Shown: positions 41,201-51,007 of the stretch, one piece after another
Layout of the letters: the number at the start of each line of letters is the position of its first letter
Position numbering within the stretch: position 1 is the first letter of the stretch
NCBI GenBank assembly: GCA_903813345.2
Contig: CAIIXF020000001.1
Location: 4,960,001-5,024,000, forward strand
Source: Owenia fusiformis
Taxonomy: Eukaryota
DNA: 64,000 nt
Reading direction: 5' to 3'
Notes under the pieces: generated by a model
The model's input: only the letters and a program-made list of their open reading frames with translations
What the model was told of the DNA's origin: nothing
Databases searched by the model: none
Program-made: the position numbers and the translations under genes

Positions 41201-41851
41201 AAACCTGGTGCAAGTGTGGTATCTGGTGTTACCAATACCTTACTTGTTGGGGTATCAGAAGTAATAGGAGTTGTATAAGTTAACTGGGAATACGTCGAGT
41301 TTGTAGACGATGGCGGTGGATTACTAGTCATTTGGGCTGTTGTCTCAACTACATTTTCTTCTATAGTTGATGTTGACTGTGTACTACCTTCGAATGTGAT
41401 AATGGGTGGAGTCGATGGTAGAGCTGGAATAACTGCTGTTGTTGCATTATTTGTAGTATTCAATGGTGCTGTTGTATTGTCATGATGAACATTATCCGTA
41501 TGCATATCATCAGGTACATTGACTGCTGTGGCAGTTTCTTTGCCAATATCCGTACCGTCGAATATATCAAATTTTGATGCGACATCCTTCCCCTCGAACG
41601 TTCCATCGGGGACATCTATTGGTTTCTCAACTCCAAATCCTGAAATGAAAAGTTAAGAATCAACATGACAAGCATTTGCACGTTTCAAAAGTATAATACA
41701 AGTAAACGTGACCACAATGTATAACTTGATCTATAGCCCTTAACGTTTATTACGTCAGCACCTTACCTAAAGACTGATTCTGTGCTTCACTCAGATACGC
41801 GTCTAAGATGAATGTGATGATGATAACCAATTTCATCACTGCAGTTCCCAT
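32205..41851 (-). CDS. Type-I membrane mucin/proteoglycan-like protein (signal peptide, Thr/Ser-rich mucin tracts, Asp/Glu/Lys-rich block, small Cys-containing juxtamembrane domain, one TM, short tail); complement(join(32205..32280,32946..33053,33323..33462,33989..34157,35440..35540,38632..41639,41767..41851)), 3687 nt, 1228 aa
   Basis: The 969-aa ORF extends upstream in frame to a ttttcatttcag acceptor. Signal-peptide exon MGTAVMKLVIIITFILDAYLSEAQ. All six introns are GT-AG with matching phases (1,0,2,0,2,2). TM segment TWIVVTVVVAIIVGLICVAVGI is followed by basic residues; TAA stop at 32205-32207. Confidence 0.85.
32946..33053 (-). CDS. Mucin-like gene exon 6 (cytoplasmic, TRKSGFDISWGTDNDIEL...)
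   Basis: Acceptor aattacag, donor GA|GTATGT, open frame in the required phase. Confidence 0.75.
33323..33462 (-). CDS. Mucin-like gene exon 5 (transmembrane helix)
   Basis: Acceptor ccattgcag, donor AG|GTAGAG; 21-22 hydrophobic residues. Confidence 0.85.
33989..34157 (-). CDS. Mucin-like gene exon 4 (TRQVVIVSVQQRNSNVEVKLYLAD...STAIGHQ)
   Basis: Acceptor ggtgttttag, donor CAG|GTACGG. Confidence 0.8.
35440..35540 (-). CDS. Mucin-like gene exon 3 (FVDRELEEFKHNFAKAAREYCHGDDTCPTNSEF)
   Basis: Acceptor ttgtgttttag, donor CA|GTAAGA; bridges phase 0 to phase 2; this frame is absent from the ORF track. Confidence 0.8.
35579..36216. mobile_element. MITE with ~160-200-bp imperfect inverted arms in mucin-gene intron 2
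   Basis: ATGCAGACAGATCGCC...ATTCACCAGGAAAGTAGAAACATTTTGTCACC (35586-35665) is mirrored at 36131-36210; TSD not resolved. Confidence 0.75.
37170..37342. mobile_element. Short MITE with CCGGTGT termini
   Basis: CCGGTGTAAAAG ... CTTTCACACCGG, with internal GGACCATAAT/ATTATGGTCC repeats; no TSD seen. Confidence 0.5.
37873..38398. mobile_element. MITE with CACTG termini, ~60-95-bp TIRs and a probable 5-bp TSD (Transib-like)
   Basis: CACTGTTACACAACTAGTTACTCTGACGGAACGTCAATGTAACAAAATGGATGAACTTCCT is mirrored at 38338-38398 with 2 mismatches; flanks AAAGT / ATAGT. Confidence 0.8.
38632..41639 (-). CDS. Mucin-like gene exon 2 (3008 nt; mucin - acidic block - mucin)
   Basis: Uninterrupted ~1000-codon frame rich in T/S/P and D/E/K; donor AAG|GTATTT. 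Confidence 0.92.
41767..41851 (-). CDS. Mucin-like gene exon 1 (signal peptide)
   Basis: ATG at 41851, hydrophobic core LVIIITFIL, donor G|GTAAGG. Confidence 0.8.
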
Positions 41852-42835
41852 AATGCACTTTGAAGGATTTCAATCTCATATGCCACGTCAGAAAAATTTG
41901 AAAATATTTTGAAATTCGACGGATTATGTGGCATAGTATCTGGTTTTTATCCCCTCTCCTGTTAAAACCATTTTTATGATATTATCTCATAACACCTTTT
42001 GCTACGAATGTTTAAAACTATGTAAACCATTGTCTTCCTTCTTGAAATTTCAAGCACATATCCATTACACCATCAATAAACCAAGCTATTCAAATGACAG
42101 GAGAAGCCCTACGGGGACAAGTGATGAGTTTAACTCAACTTATGCAGCAAACAAAATGTTTAGTCAAGAGCTAAGGACAATATGAATGGACAATATAAAG
42201 GCTATGAATTATCTGTTAACTTGGCCTGGTGCTGTTGTAAATCATTGTTTCTATCGCAGGATACATCGTATCTTACAATATTATCCACACATACAGCTTG
42301 GATAGTACATGCATTGCTAATTTTTTTAGACCAATGAGGACTGCTGGAGGCAGTATTGCCATGTTTTGTATTGATTTTGATGTTATTTTACTTCAATATA
42401 AACACTGGGTCTCATTGTATATCAAACCACTTTTAGTATCTTAAAAAATAATAACTCTTGCAAATATTCCCGGGGGTCACAAAGCCTAAGTATACTATAG
42501 TTTTTGTATCGTCTCTTTTTGCTAAAATCTTCACCCATGACGCGATGAAATTCACTGCCATTTACAAGTTTTTATTCATTTTTATTTCGACTGATGATCA
42601 GGTAGAATATAACATCCTTATATAAATTATATAAAAATATAATAGAATAAAAAGAGTTTTGTCTTATCAAAATTGACTGCTGTCCGTACTTTAGATTTTG
42701 CCGGGAAGCTCGGCTCTCTAGAACCTTTGGATTTCGTTTGGTGGAATGATAAAGCAAGGCTATAATACTAAAGCTATATTTGATTTGTTCATGATGTGCG
42801 TTTACAGTGTCCGTTTGTCACAAATCAGAATTGGC

Positions 42836-45800
42836 TCACATGTGTAGCCCTCCTTTACTTTGATAGTAATGATGACTATCATAAAGTTCTAAATGTTCAT
42901 ATGCAATATTGTCCATCATTGCTTCATCTTTTTTACATGTATTGAGCTCTGGTTTCCGTTTCATTCTAATTTGTTGGACGATCTCCTTTTCAACTTCTCG
43001 GAATGGCCACTCTACTAGGATCGCAAGTAAGAACGACGTCCCAATAGAATAGCCGACATGAGCGAGCCACCACATTTCCTAAAAACGGAAGCAATCATAT
43101 TTATCTTCAGACCTATTATGGAATCTTAGGAAAATATTTTGCATGCACATTTTAACTCGTTACCACAATTTTGACGCCTTTGAAACTGTTTTGATGTCTT
43201 TTGATTCGTAAATCCAAGCAAACAACCATTTGACCTAATGGCCTACTTTATTATTTTGGATTATTTTCATATGATGGTACATTGTTTTTCTAAAAAAAAA
43301 CTCATACTTTGATATCAAAGAAGGTAAATTTAGGACAAGACGTGTTCTCATCTCAAATAGATAAAATGCAATTTCACACAAACTCTTGCATTTTGTAGTG
43401 TAGATATTGTCCAATGAGGAAAAACATGAATATGCTCATATTGAATCTACGGTGATTAAGAGCTATTACGTCGTAGATGCGATATTAGTAGCACTACATC
43501 TGAACAATCCAGAATAATTAAAAATTCTTGAAAATAAAAAAGCAATTTGCAATATTTAGGTCACCATGAATGCAATGGAATCGACTACTCTTTGGACGTT
43601 TTCTAGTTATTTCTGTTCAAGCCTCGTTTATATTTTGCATATTATGGCATATTACTTGAAAATGAAAGATAATGATATTGTAGGATTTACCAAATTTGAA
43701 TCCGTGATATAAACCGTGTCTCGTTTATTGTAAATAAAGCTGAGAAGAAGAAGTGGATGTGTAATATGTGCCACAAATGTCAGTCTGCTCAACGGTAAGA
43801 ATGCTCCCCAGGACAGAATGCTATCCGCCACACCTGAATAAAAAATATATGTTCAACAAGTTATTTATCCATTTTCAATGCATCTTCCATTATCATAGAA
43901 GAATCAGTAAAAATACCTTAGGATTCTATCTTCAATAAAGCTTCAAATACTGACCTCCGTATCCTGTTATGCACGAGAAGCACATCCATCCGATCGCCAA
44001 TGACCACGTCAATGAGCATAATGTTTCATATGCAACAGCTCGTTGCACTGACCACGGTTCAGCACCCTCTATGAATTGACTGTGAGTACCATAGGCAATT
44101 GCACTGCACATCGCTATAGAAGCTGCCCATCCGAATACATTCAATACCTACATCATGTACTATGATGGGTGAAACATTTGATGTGATATAATTGTGAAGA
44201 ATGTGAGTAATAGATCTTTTACTTGAGACGATTAGGCCACATGCGGAACATGCATACATTATACTTTAAGTAAATTGGACATTTACTATACACTATACTT
44301 GCCTACAAATATTTTCAGTATAATATTCAAATTCTAGCTCTTTATCTCGATGTACTTACTTTTGGGAATCCTACTTTGGGGAACTGACACTGGTTTTTAA
44401 AGAGAATATAACCGATGAATATGCCCACTAGATGAGGTCCTATCCTGGTATATGGCTTCATTATTATATCATAATAGAAGTCTAAAACGTACGTCTGATT
44501 GCTGTCAGTGTAGTTCCTATAACAAGAATTGTTGAAGTTCATAAGCCGATGATAAAATAATTTATTTGATGGGTTTCAAAGGGACTAATAACAATGTCAA
44601 CCGTTGTTCAAGAGAAATTGGTCACACACCGTCATATAGACGTATCACACGTAAGCAGCATTTAGTGCTACAAACATGCTGCTGTCAAGAAAAAGTCACA
44701 AAGTTCTTATCCACCAATGGAAAGCTTTGAGTATCAGCCTTAGGGTCTGATCAGATTATCAAGGTGCCATAGGGACCCTGGCATTCTCCTTACTAAAACG
44801 AATGTCATTTTCAAATACTGAAAGAAATTGTGTCGCCTTTTTGATTCAAACTATTTATTAGTTATGTACTTCATTGACTATGATATGCTTTATAAAAGTG
44901 GTTTATGCATGTTAACATTGTTGTTCATACAAAAAGTTACATATATACTTTATCTAACGTCGTAATGTTATTACCTTGATTCTAGTCTATGATTTAAGAC
45001 TCCAAGGGCAGTCAAATTTCCAGCAAGAAACAGCAACAGTATCACACCTCCGACGAAGGGAAAGCTAAAAAGATATGTTTTATCAATATAACATCAGTGT
45101 TTGACGGTTTTATCAATAGAGAGGTTAAGTCACGCGCATTTTGAATTTGAACGTCAACGTGTTATATCATGACCACCAGGAATTGTTGTTTCACAAACAC
45201 TTCTTCAAAACAACTTGCTAACTTAACCTCCTTATTAATTAATTTACTTGTTCTCAAATATAGTATAACTGTATAATAATACTTTTTGAGAACTAATAGA
45301 AAGCGTAACACTCATTTGGAAAGGGAACTACATTTTATAGGATACTTACTAAAACAACGGAATGAGGATGAACGGGGTTACCCAGTAAAATTGCATAATA
45401 CAGCCCAGAAACCAAGAATACGTCATGCACTGAAACATAGAAAAATATTGCTGTTTAGGGAGTGATATTTGCCAAGATGAAATCGTCCTTAATTCCCGAC
45501 GATTTTCAGATAAATGTTGCATATCGTCGAAAGCAGATGTGTCCGTTGCGTACCTAAATACTACCTCTCTGCAAATCTTCAAATATCAACGTAAATCAGC
45601 GAACAAAGCTACAATCTCCCTGGATTTCTTTCAGCGCAAGGGTAGTAAAGGTACGCAACGAACGAAAGTGCTTTTAAGAACGTAAACGTTGTCAAGAGCA
45701 AAATATCGTGTTCAAAAATGATTCTTACAATGCTATAACTATAGATTAAACTATGGGACAAAGTCTTACTATGGCTTACCCCTTGACGATATTTATAAAT

Positions 45801-46842
45801 GTTGTTGATGTAAAGAATGTTTTTCCACCAGTTTGTCAAACAGTTTTCTCGGTCAGTGACCTGTTCAGGAACGATGGGGCCATTTGACAAATACGGTTGT
45901 AGGTTAATGTACACCATAAGTATCGCAGCGTATACAATGGTTAATCTAAAATTAGTTTTTATCAAAACTTAAAAATAGATTCATCAGAATATTTGACACT
46001 TTTTATCAGTATCTCATTATATCATCCAAATCATAAGATTAAGCAGTCATAATATGTCACTAGTTGTAAATTAAAAATAAAGGTCACTCGAAGTTTAATA
46101 ATTTACTGATAAGTCGGACGCACCTCCACCAACGATGAAAGATATAGTATATGCTGGTACTGATGACCTTCTTCACAGTCCAGCCACCCTTCTTTCTCTT
46201 TAGAAAGTGTAGGAATGAGTAACTCAGGATAAGTCCACTGCAAGGATAAATACATATTCGTGTCATTAAAACGATTTCATGAACTTCGTGTTAAAGCCTG
46301 ACAGTGTTTGAATCGTTATCAGCGAAACCCTGTTTTTTAATAATTAACTTCGTTCTCAATATATCTGACCTTTCCAATTTTATTTTTATTTTTGGGATTC
46401 ACACAAGTCTGATATAAAATAGCATCTCAATTTGATAAAATTGTGATTTCTCTTCAGAATCAAAATGTGCAGATCTCAAAGGCACAATTTTGAGATCGAT
46501 GATCTTTGAATGAAAACAAACATACGATATATTTCAAATGAGTCAAGTTGGAGGAATAAATGAAAAGAATGAAGATGAAATTCATCTACCAATGCACATT
46601 ATGAATCAAGAAAAAATGAGTAAAACATGTACAAAATGAGTAATCTTGGATTGAGTGATTGAGTTAATGAGGTGATTAAGTCCCCTCGTAAAATACTCTG
46701 GCTTTAGTTCCTTCAACTTGAAGTTAATGAGTGGTGCGTGTCACCTACGTTATCATGAAGAAGGTATCTGCCGTCAGTCCTGCGTTGATAATGGGTTGGA
46801 AAGAATAAAGCTCCAGTCTCTCAAGTGCTATTAGTAAATTCT
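42836..46842 (-). CDS. nrf-6: nrf-6-like exons 8-16 (AT3 membrane domain and C-terminal tail)
   Basis: Nine short exons with canonical splice sites, each carrying a recognisable AT3 segment; TGA stop at 42836-42838; AATAAA on the minus strand at 42581-42586 and 42571-42576. Confidence 0.9.
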
Positions 46843-49837
46843 CTGAAAAGTGAGATAATATCATATACAACAAAAATATGACTTGGGTCATGCCTTATGC
46901 CTTGGTCACATAGACTCAGATTTTCACTACGGCGCCCGGCCGATGAGTATTTTGTTCAAAATCGGCCGGCGAGCCTGGGCATCGTACGGGCGCCGGCCGA
47001 TGATCGAGCACCATCGGCCGATTTTTAGACATCGCCAGGGAAAAGTCACCGGCGCCCGGTCGATTTAGAAATCGGCCGATGACTACTGCCCGGCGCCTAT
47101 GTGACCTAGGCATTATGGATCATTTAAGAATATTCACAGATAGACATGCATTGCATTGTCACATTGAAACCCATAAAAATGCACGATAATCACACAATTC
47201 ATAATGAGTGCATATGCATGATTGTGGATCATGGCCAGATGTCAAAACAAGGAAAAACAAATTCTTCACCAGAGTAAAATAATTTAAGAGTTGCATTGAT
47301 AGTACTCATATACGTACTGGTTGTCCATGACTCTGCGTACAATGGTCCCATCAAATGGGTGTGTGCAAATATCAGCCATCCCATACTTAAAACCTTGATG
47401 CCATGGAGACACGAGAATGAGCCTTCTTCATGGGTGGCGTTTAAAATCTTCCTGAAGTTTGAGATTCCAGAGAATGTGAAGACAATTCTCTCAATATTCG
47501 CTGAAATACAAAATTTAGGCTAAATGATAAATCGAATGCTTTTCAATGTTCCTTTCCCACTGACTTTAAAACTTCTAGGACGTTTCCTCTTTGACAATTG
47601 TGCAGTGTGGCAGAAATGAAAATTGGAATATTTTTGAAGACAGTCTACTTACTCAAAGGTTTCCATTGTCGATAGCCATTTAGTTCAGTAGGCTCCTTGA
47701 CAGTTGATGTGTCCTTATGAGCCGTACCATTTGCAGTTGGTATCCTATGCTTAAGTTCGCCATTCCCATGTATCATATAAGCTGGCATTAAGGAGCCCGT
47801 TTTGCCCTGAAAATAGTTACCACTGGCCGGTTGGAGCCCAGTCGGTAAATGCGTAGTCGCATTGTCCATTTGATCTTTTGGAAAGTTAGTGTAGCTGCCA
47901 TTATTGTAATTCCAGATATCTTTAAATCTGAATGCAGATATTTTTCCATACGCTGTTATTCTGCAGAACTCCATGAACGTCGCTAGAACTACAACTATTG
48001 CAAGAATCAGAACCAGAATGCTAAAAGAAACAAAAAGAACAAAAAATAAGAAAAGAATAAGGCATGAATATGCTTTAAAGTGCGAACAAACATTCTTAAC
48101 GCAGTCTACTATATAGTTTTCTTGAGACCATTTTATGGCAAAAAATAAAAAAATATATAATGAATGAAAAGCATGTTACTGTTGATAGACATGAATGTCG
48201 TGGTCAACGTAACTACTGGATCAGGACTCTTTAGAACATGCATGATGCACTTACATTGTGGCTTGTGCATATCCGTCTGTGTCGTAATCGGGTGGCGTCC
48301 GGCAATAGCTGTCATACGATATACTTTCATACAGAACTATAATAGGAAACACATTTAAAAATAGTCACGGGACCCTTAACAGAAACTTATTTAAACGTAT
48401 CCTCGTTCTCTTACTCGATGACGTGATCATATCCCGGATCATATCCATGTTTTATATTTGGCTTAGGATAAATCTTAACTTTGTGAAATTTCAAAGGCAG
48501 TGCTCAATAAAACAATCAAATAAAATACCTTCTTGAACGATACATTCTACTGACAGGGGGTCCCAATCACATTCCTCTGGCGGTACTAACTCTTGTTTTA
48601 AAAGCTGATTGAGATCTTTCGCATTGCACTCACTTGGAATACACTCGCCATGCCAGAATGTAAGCTACAACATTTTATATCACATGGTACTAACAAGGAG
48701 TGTAATTTCCGTTTTCTATTTCAAAAGTTTCTCATGAAAGCTAACCAAATGGACTAGTGCATAATTTATGCTTAAGATCAACTTTAGAAAATGCATTCGA
48801 TGAACGTTGAACGTTGAACGTTAACACTGCAATTTCATAAAAAAAATACGCTGTCCTCTTTTTAATTTTACTTACAAATTGAGCTCCACTGTGAAGAAGT
48901 AAAAGATAGAGCTTCACGATCTCTCAATTTTATCTTTAAATTGAGGTTCAATGTCAAAAAGTGATATCTAGCATCTCTCATATACTTACTAATAAGGAAA
49001 TGTCAAGTAGTGGAATATCGAGCTCTAGTATCTCTTGGCCAGTGCAGTATTTGGCATTAAAAGTTCGTTTCTCTTGTGAAATATTTGCTCTGATTCCATT
49101 ACACTGGTCAAAGTTTCCAACAAAGTGGAGGTTGCCTTGTAGGATTCCTGGCCCTATTTTTCCACTGGCATCAAACACTGAAATGGCAACGCATGTAAAG
49201 GATGTTGGTTTTGGGGACTTATAAATATGTACTTACATTTGAAGAATCTTATCCAACAGGTACTTTGTATTTTATTCTATATTGACCGTATGAAGAAATT
49301 GCAAAATGCAAGTAAACCGAATGTTTGAGAGTTTGGATGTCACTTACTTTCAAAAGCCCAATCTGTGATTGCGCCTGGATTATCGAGATCAAATCCATTT
49401 TTCATGAGTGTCCAGTCATTCCAACATTTCTGGCTAACGTTCAATGGTTTTGTGGTCTTCACCGACTCCCAGTGGCCCTTCGGATATTCCCGGTGTCTCT
49501 TTTTGTATTCATCTAACACTGTAGGGTTAAACTGCAGAATCTTTAGAATGTATAGTCTCAATTCCTCGGGAATTCTATCTCTAGAATTCAGCATGGTCAT
49601 GTGTCTATTTTTGCGTATGATGTTTCCGGGTAAGGAGTCCAGTGGACCCCACTCTTGCATGATTTTATAGGCATCGCGAAACTTTGCGAGTTCATACAAT
49701 GCTTTGGTGACCTGTGTCTTATACGGAAGAGATGCTTTCTTTAGAACGTGTTTAACATTATGCTTGCTTAGTTCTCCATCACAAATCCCAAGTAAAGAAT
49801 GTAAAATTATCAAAACAGCTACTGAAATTTTCAACAT
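42836..49837 (-). CDS. nrf-6: Nose resistant to fluoxetine-6 (NRF-6)/O-acyltransferase-like protein (NRF domain + acyltransferase-3 membrane domain); 16 coding exons complement(join(42836..43078,43691..43833,43955..44147,44360..44516,44975..45064,45350..45429,45780..45945,46124..46237,46749..46842,47318..47500,47653..48020,48255..48308,48415..48478,48529..48664,48990..49177,49348..49837)), 2763 nt, 920 aa
   Basis: Signal peptide MLKISVAVLIILHSLLGICDG. NRF motifs MFDASGKIGPGILQGNLHFVGNFDQC, KYC and CIPSEC. AT3 motifs CLHGIKVLSMGWLIFAH, DTFFMITG, HRWWRL, CLTNWWKNILYINN, MQFY, KPYTRIGP, GYGG...LSW...PLSRLT and VEWPF. All junctions are GT-AG in continuous phase; the 48415..48478 exon and the 47318 donor are the least certain. 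Confidence 0.9.
46898..47112. mobile_element. 215-bp GC-rich PIF/Harbinger (Tourist-like) MITE in an nrf-6 intron
   Basis: TTA|TGCCTTGGTCACATAG ... CTATGTGACCTAGGCA|TTA; internal GGCGCC and ATCGGCCGAT palindromes. Confidence 0.85.
47318..48020 (-). CDS. nrf-6: nrf-6-like exons 6-7 (47653..48020, 47318..47500): first TM, long loop, start of AT3 domain
   Basis: ILVLILAIVVVLATFME...; FSGISNFRKIL...CLHGIKVLSMGWLIFAH. Confidence 0.88.
48255..48664 (-). CDS. nrf-6: nrf-6-like exons 3-5 (48529..48664, 48415..48478, 48255..48308)
   Basis: LTFWHGECIPSECNAKDL..., KIYPKPNIKHGYDPGYDHVI, YCRTPPDYDTDGYAQAT; phases 0-1-2-2 are consistent. Confidence 0.75.
48990..49177 (-). CDS. nrf-6: nrf-6-like exon 2 (NRF domain)
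   Basis: Acceptor ccatttcag, donor GTAAGT; DASGK/GN/DQC motif. Confidence 0.92.
49348..49837 (-). CDS. nrf-6: nrf-6-like coding exon 1
   Basis: ATG 49837 (the ORF-track start 49873 is TTG); donor A|GTAAGT. Confidence 0.85.
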
Positions 49838-51007
49838 CTTCCTTAAACTCAAGCTCAGCCCGTTGCTCTGCAATATCTTAGGGGCTTGTGAGGCAACTCC
49901 TCTTAACCTCTACCTTGAACGAATAAATACAAACATCGTTAACCCTCCAGATGCTGCGTATTAATACAAAATACTGATTTACTACATGAATGTTAGAAAT
50001 ATTTATAACATGCATGTACTATGACCGTCTACTTCTGTTATCTTGAAATATAATATATACACAATAATTAAACATATGCATATGTATTTCAGTATTCAGT
50101 GATAAAACTGATAAATTATTTTTTTGAAGTAGTTCTGATTAGAATAAGGCAGAAGTAATGGACATATATCATTTTGGGCCTGAGTATCATAATAAATAAC
50201 ATCGTTATATTATATCACAAAACGCATACATTTAGTAAATGCAAGTGAAGGTCAAATGAATGACGTTAATGACTCCAAGGTTTGAAAATACCAGTGCAAA
50301 GGGAGATGTCGGGTAAAAGGATATGATAGAATTGTGGAATGCTACTTGTTATACCTGTGGTTAGATAGCACTTGTATGAATAAGTGAATGCTAATTCACA
50401 CAAATCTAGGCAAGGCGTGTCCGATTCCAGCCAAACCAATCACACTATTTCATATAACTGCACCCAAAGGTCATTCGTTGAATAGTTGTCAAGGAACAAC
50501 TTGACTCTACCGATTGAAGGTGATGATGATTCAGTCCACATTGCAGTCCAGGGCTTAAATCCTTAAGTGTATGTATGTATATATTTATTGCCCTTTATGT
50601 ATTTAAGTATTTAAATGATGTTTCAACATTTGCACTGGAAGCACAAAAACAATAGGATACAGAGTGCAACCAATTTTCCATATTTCCTGTCAACTGCTTA
50701 ATTTTCAAAATTTGTCTTAAATCACTGTTCCTTGTTCCCAGTAGACAGGTGTTCCTTACAGAGAGGGTCCGTTACAATTAAGTCAATGGAAAAATATTTG
50801 GTTCTTTTGAAAACCATTCCCAGTAAACAGGGCCTTCCTTACAGAAAGCTGTTCCATTGAACAAGTAAATATCCACGTGTGTAAATGTGACAAAGTCATA
50901 GCTGACCTCGTTGGTCAGTCTACTTATTTCACTTCACATCAGTAGTTGATGTCATAATGATCTTTTTCTGTTACTCATGTTTATAATTATTGCGTTATTT
51001 TGATTAG

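Noticed and set aside
38651..41278. Plus-strand Val/Ser/Leu-rich ORFs (216, 122, 140 and 82 aa) and the alternative-frame 174-aa minus ORF
   Set aside because: These are antisense or shifted shadows of the low-complexity mucin exon, with no splice or homology support.
47270..47317. Alternative downstream donor extending nrf-6-like exon 7 by 16 codons
   Set aside because: It is in frame and possible, but the shorter form fits the family spacing better; left unresolved.
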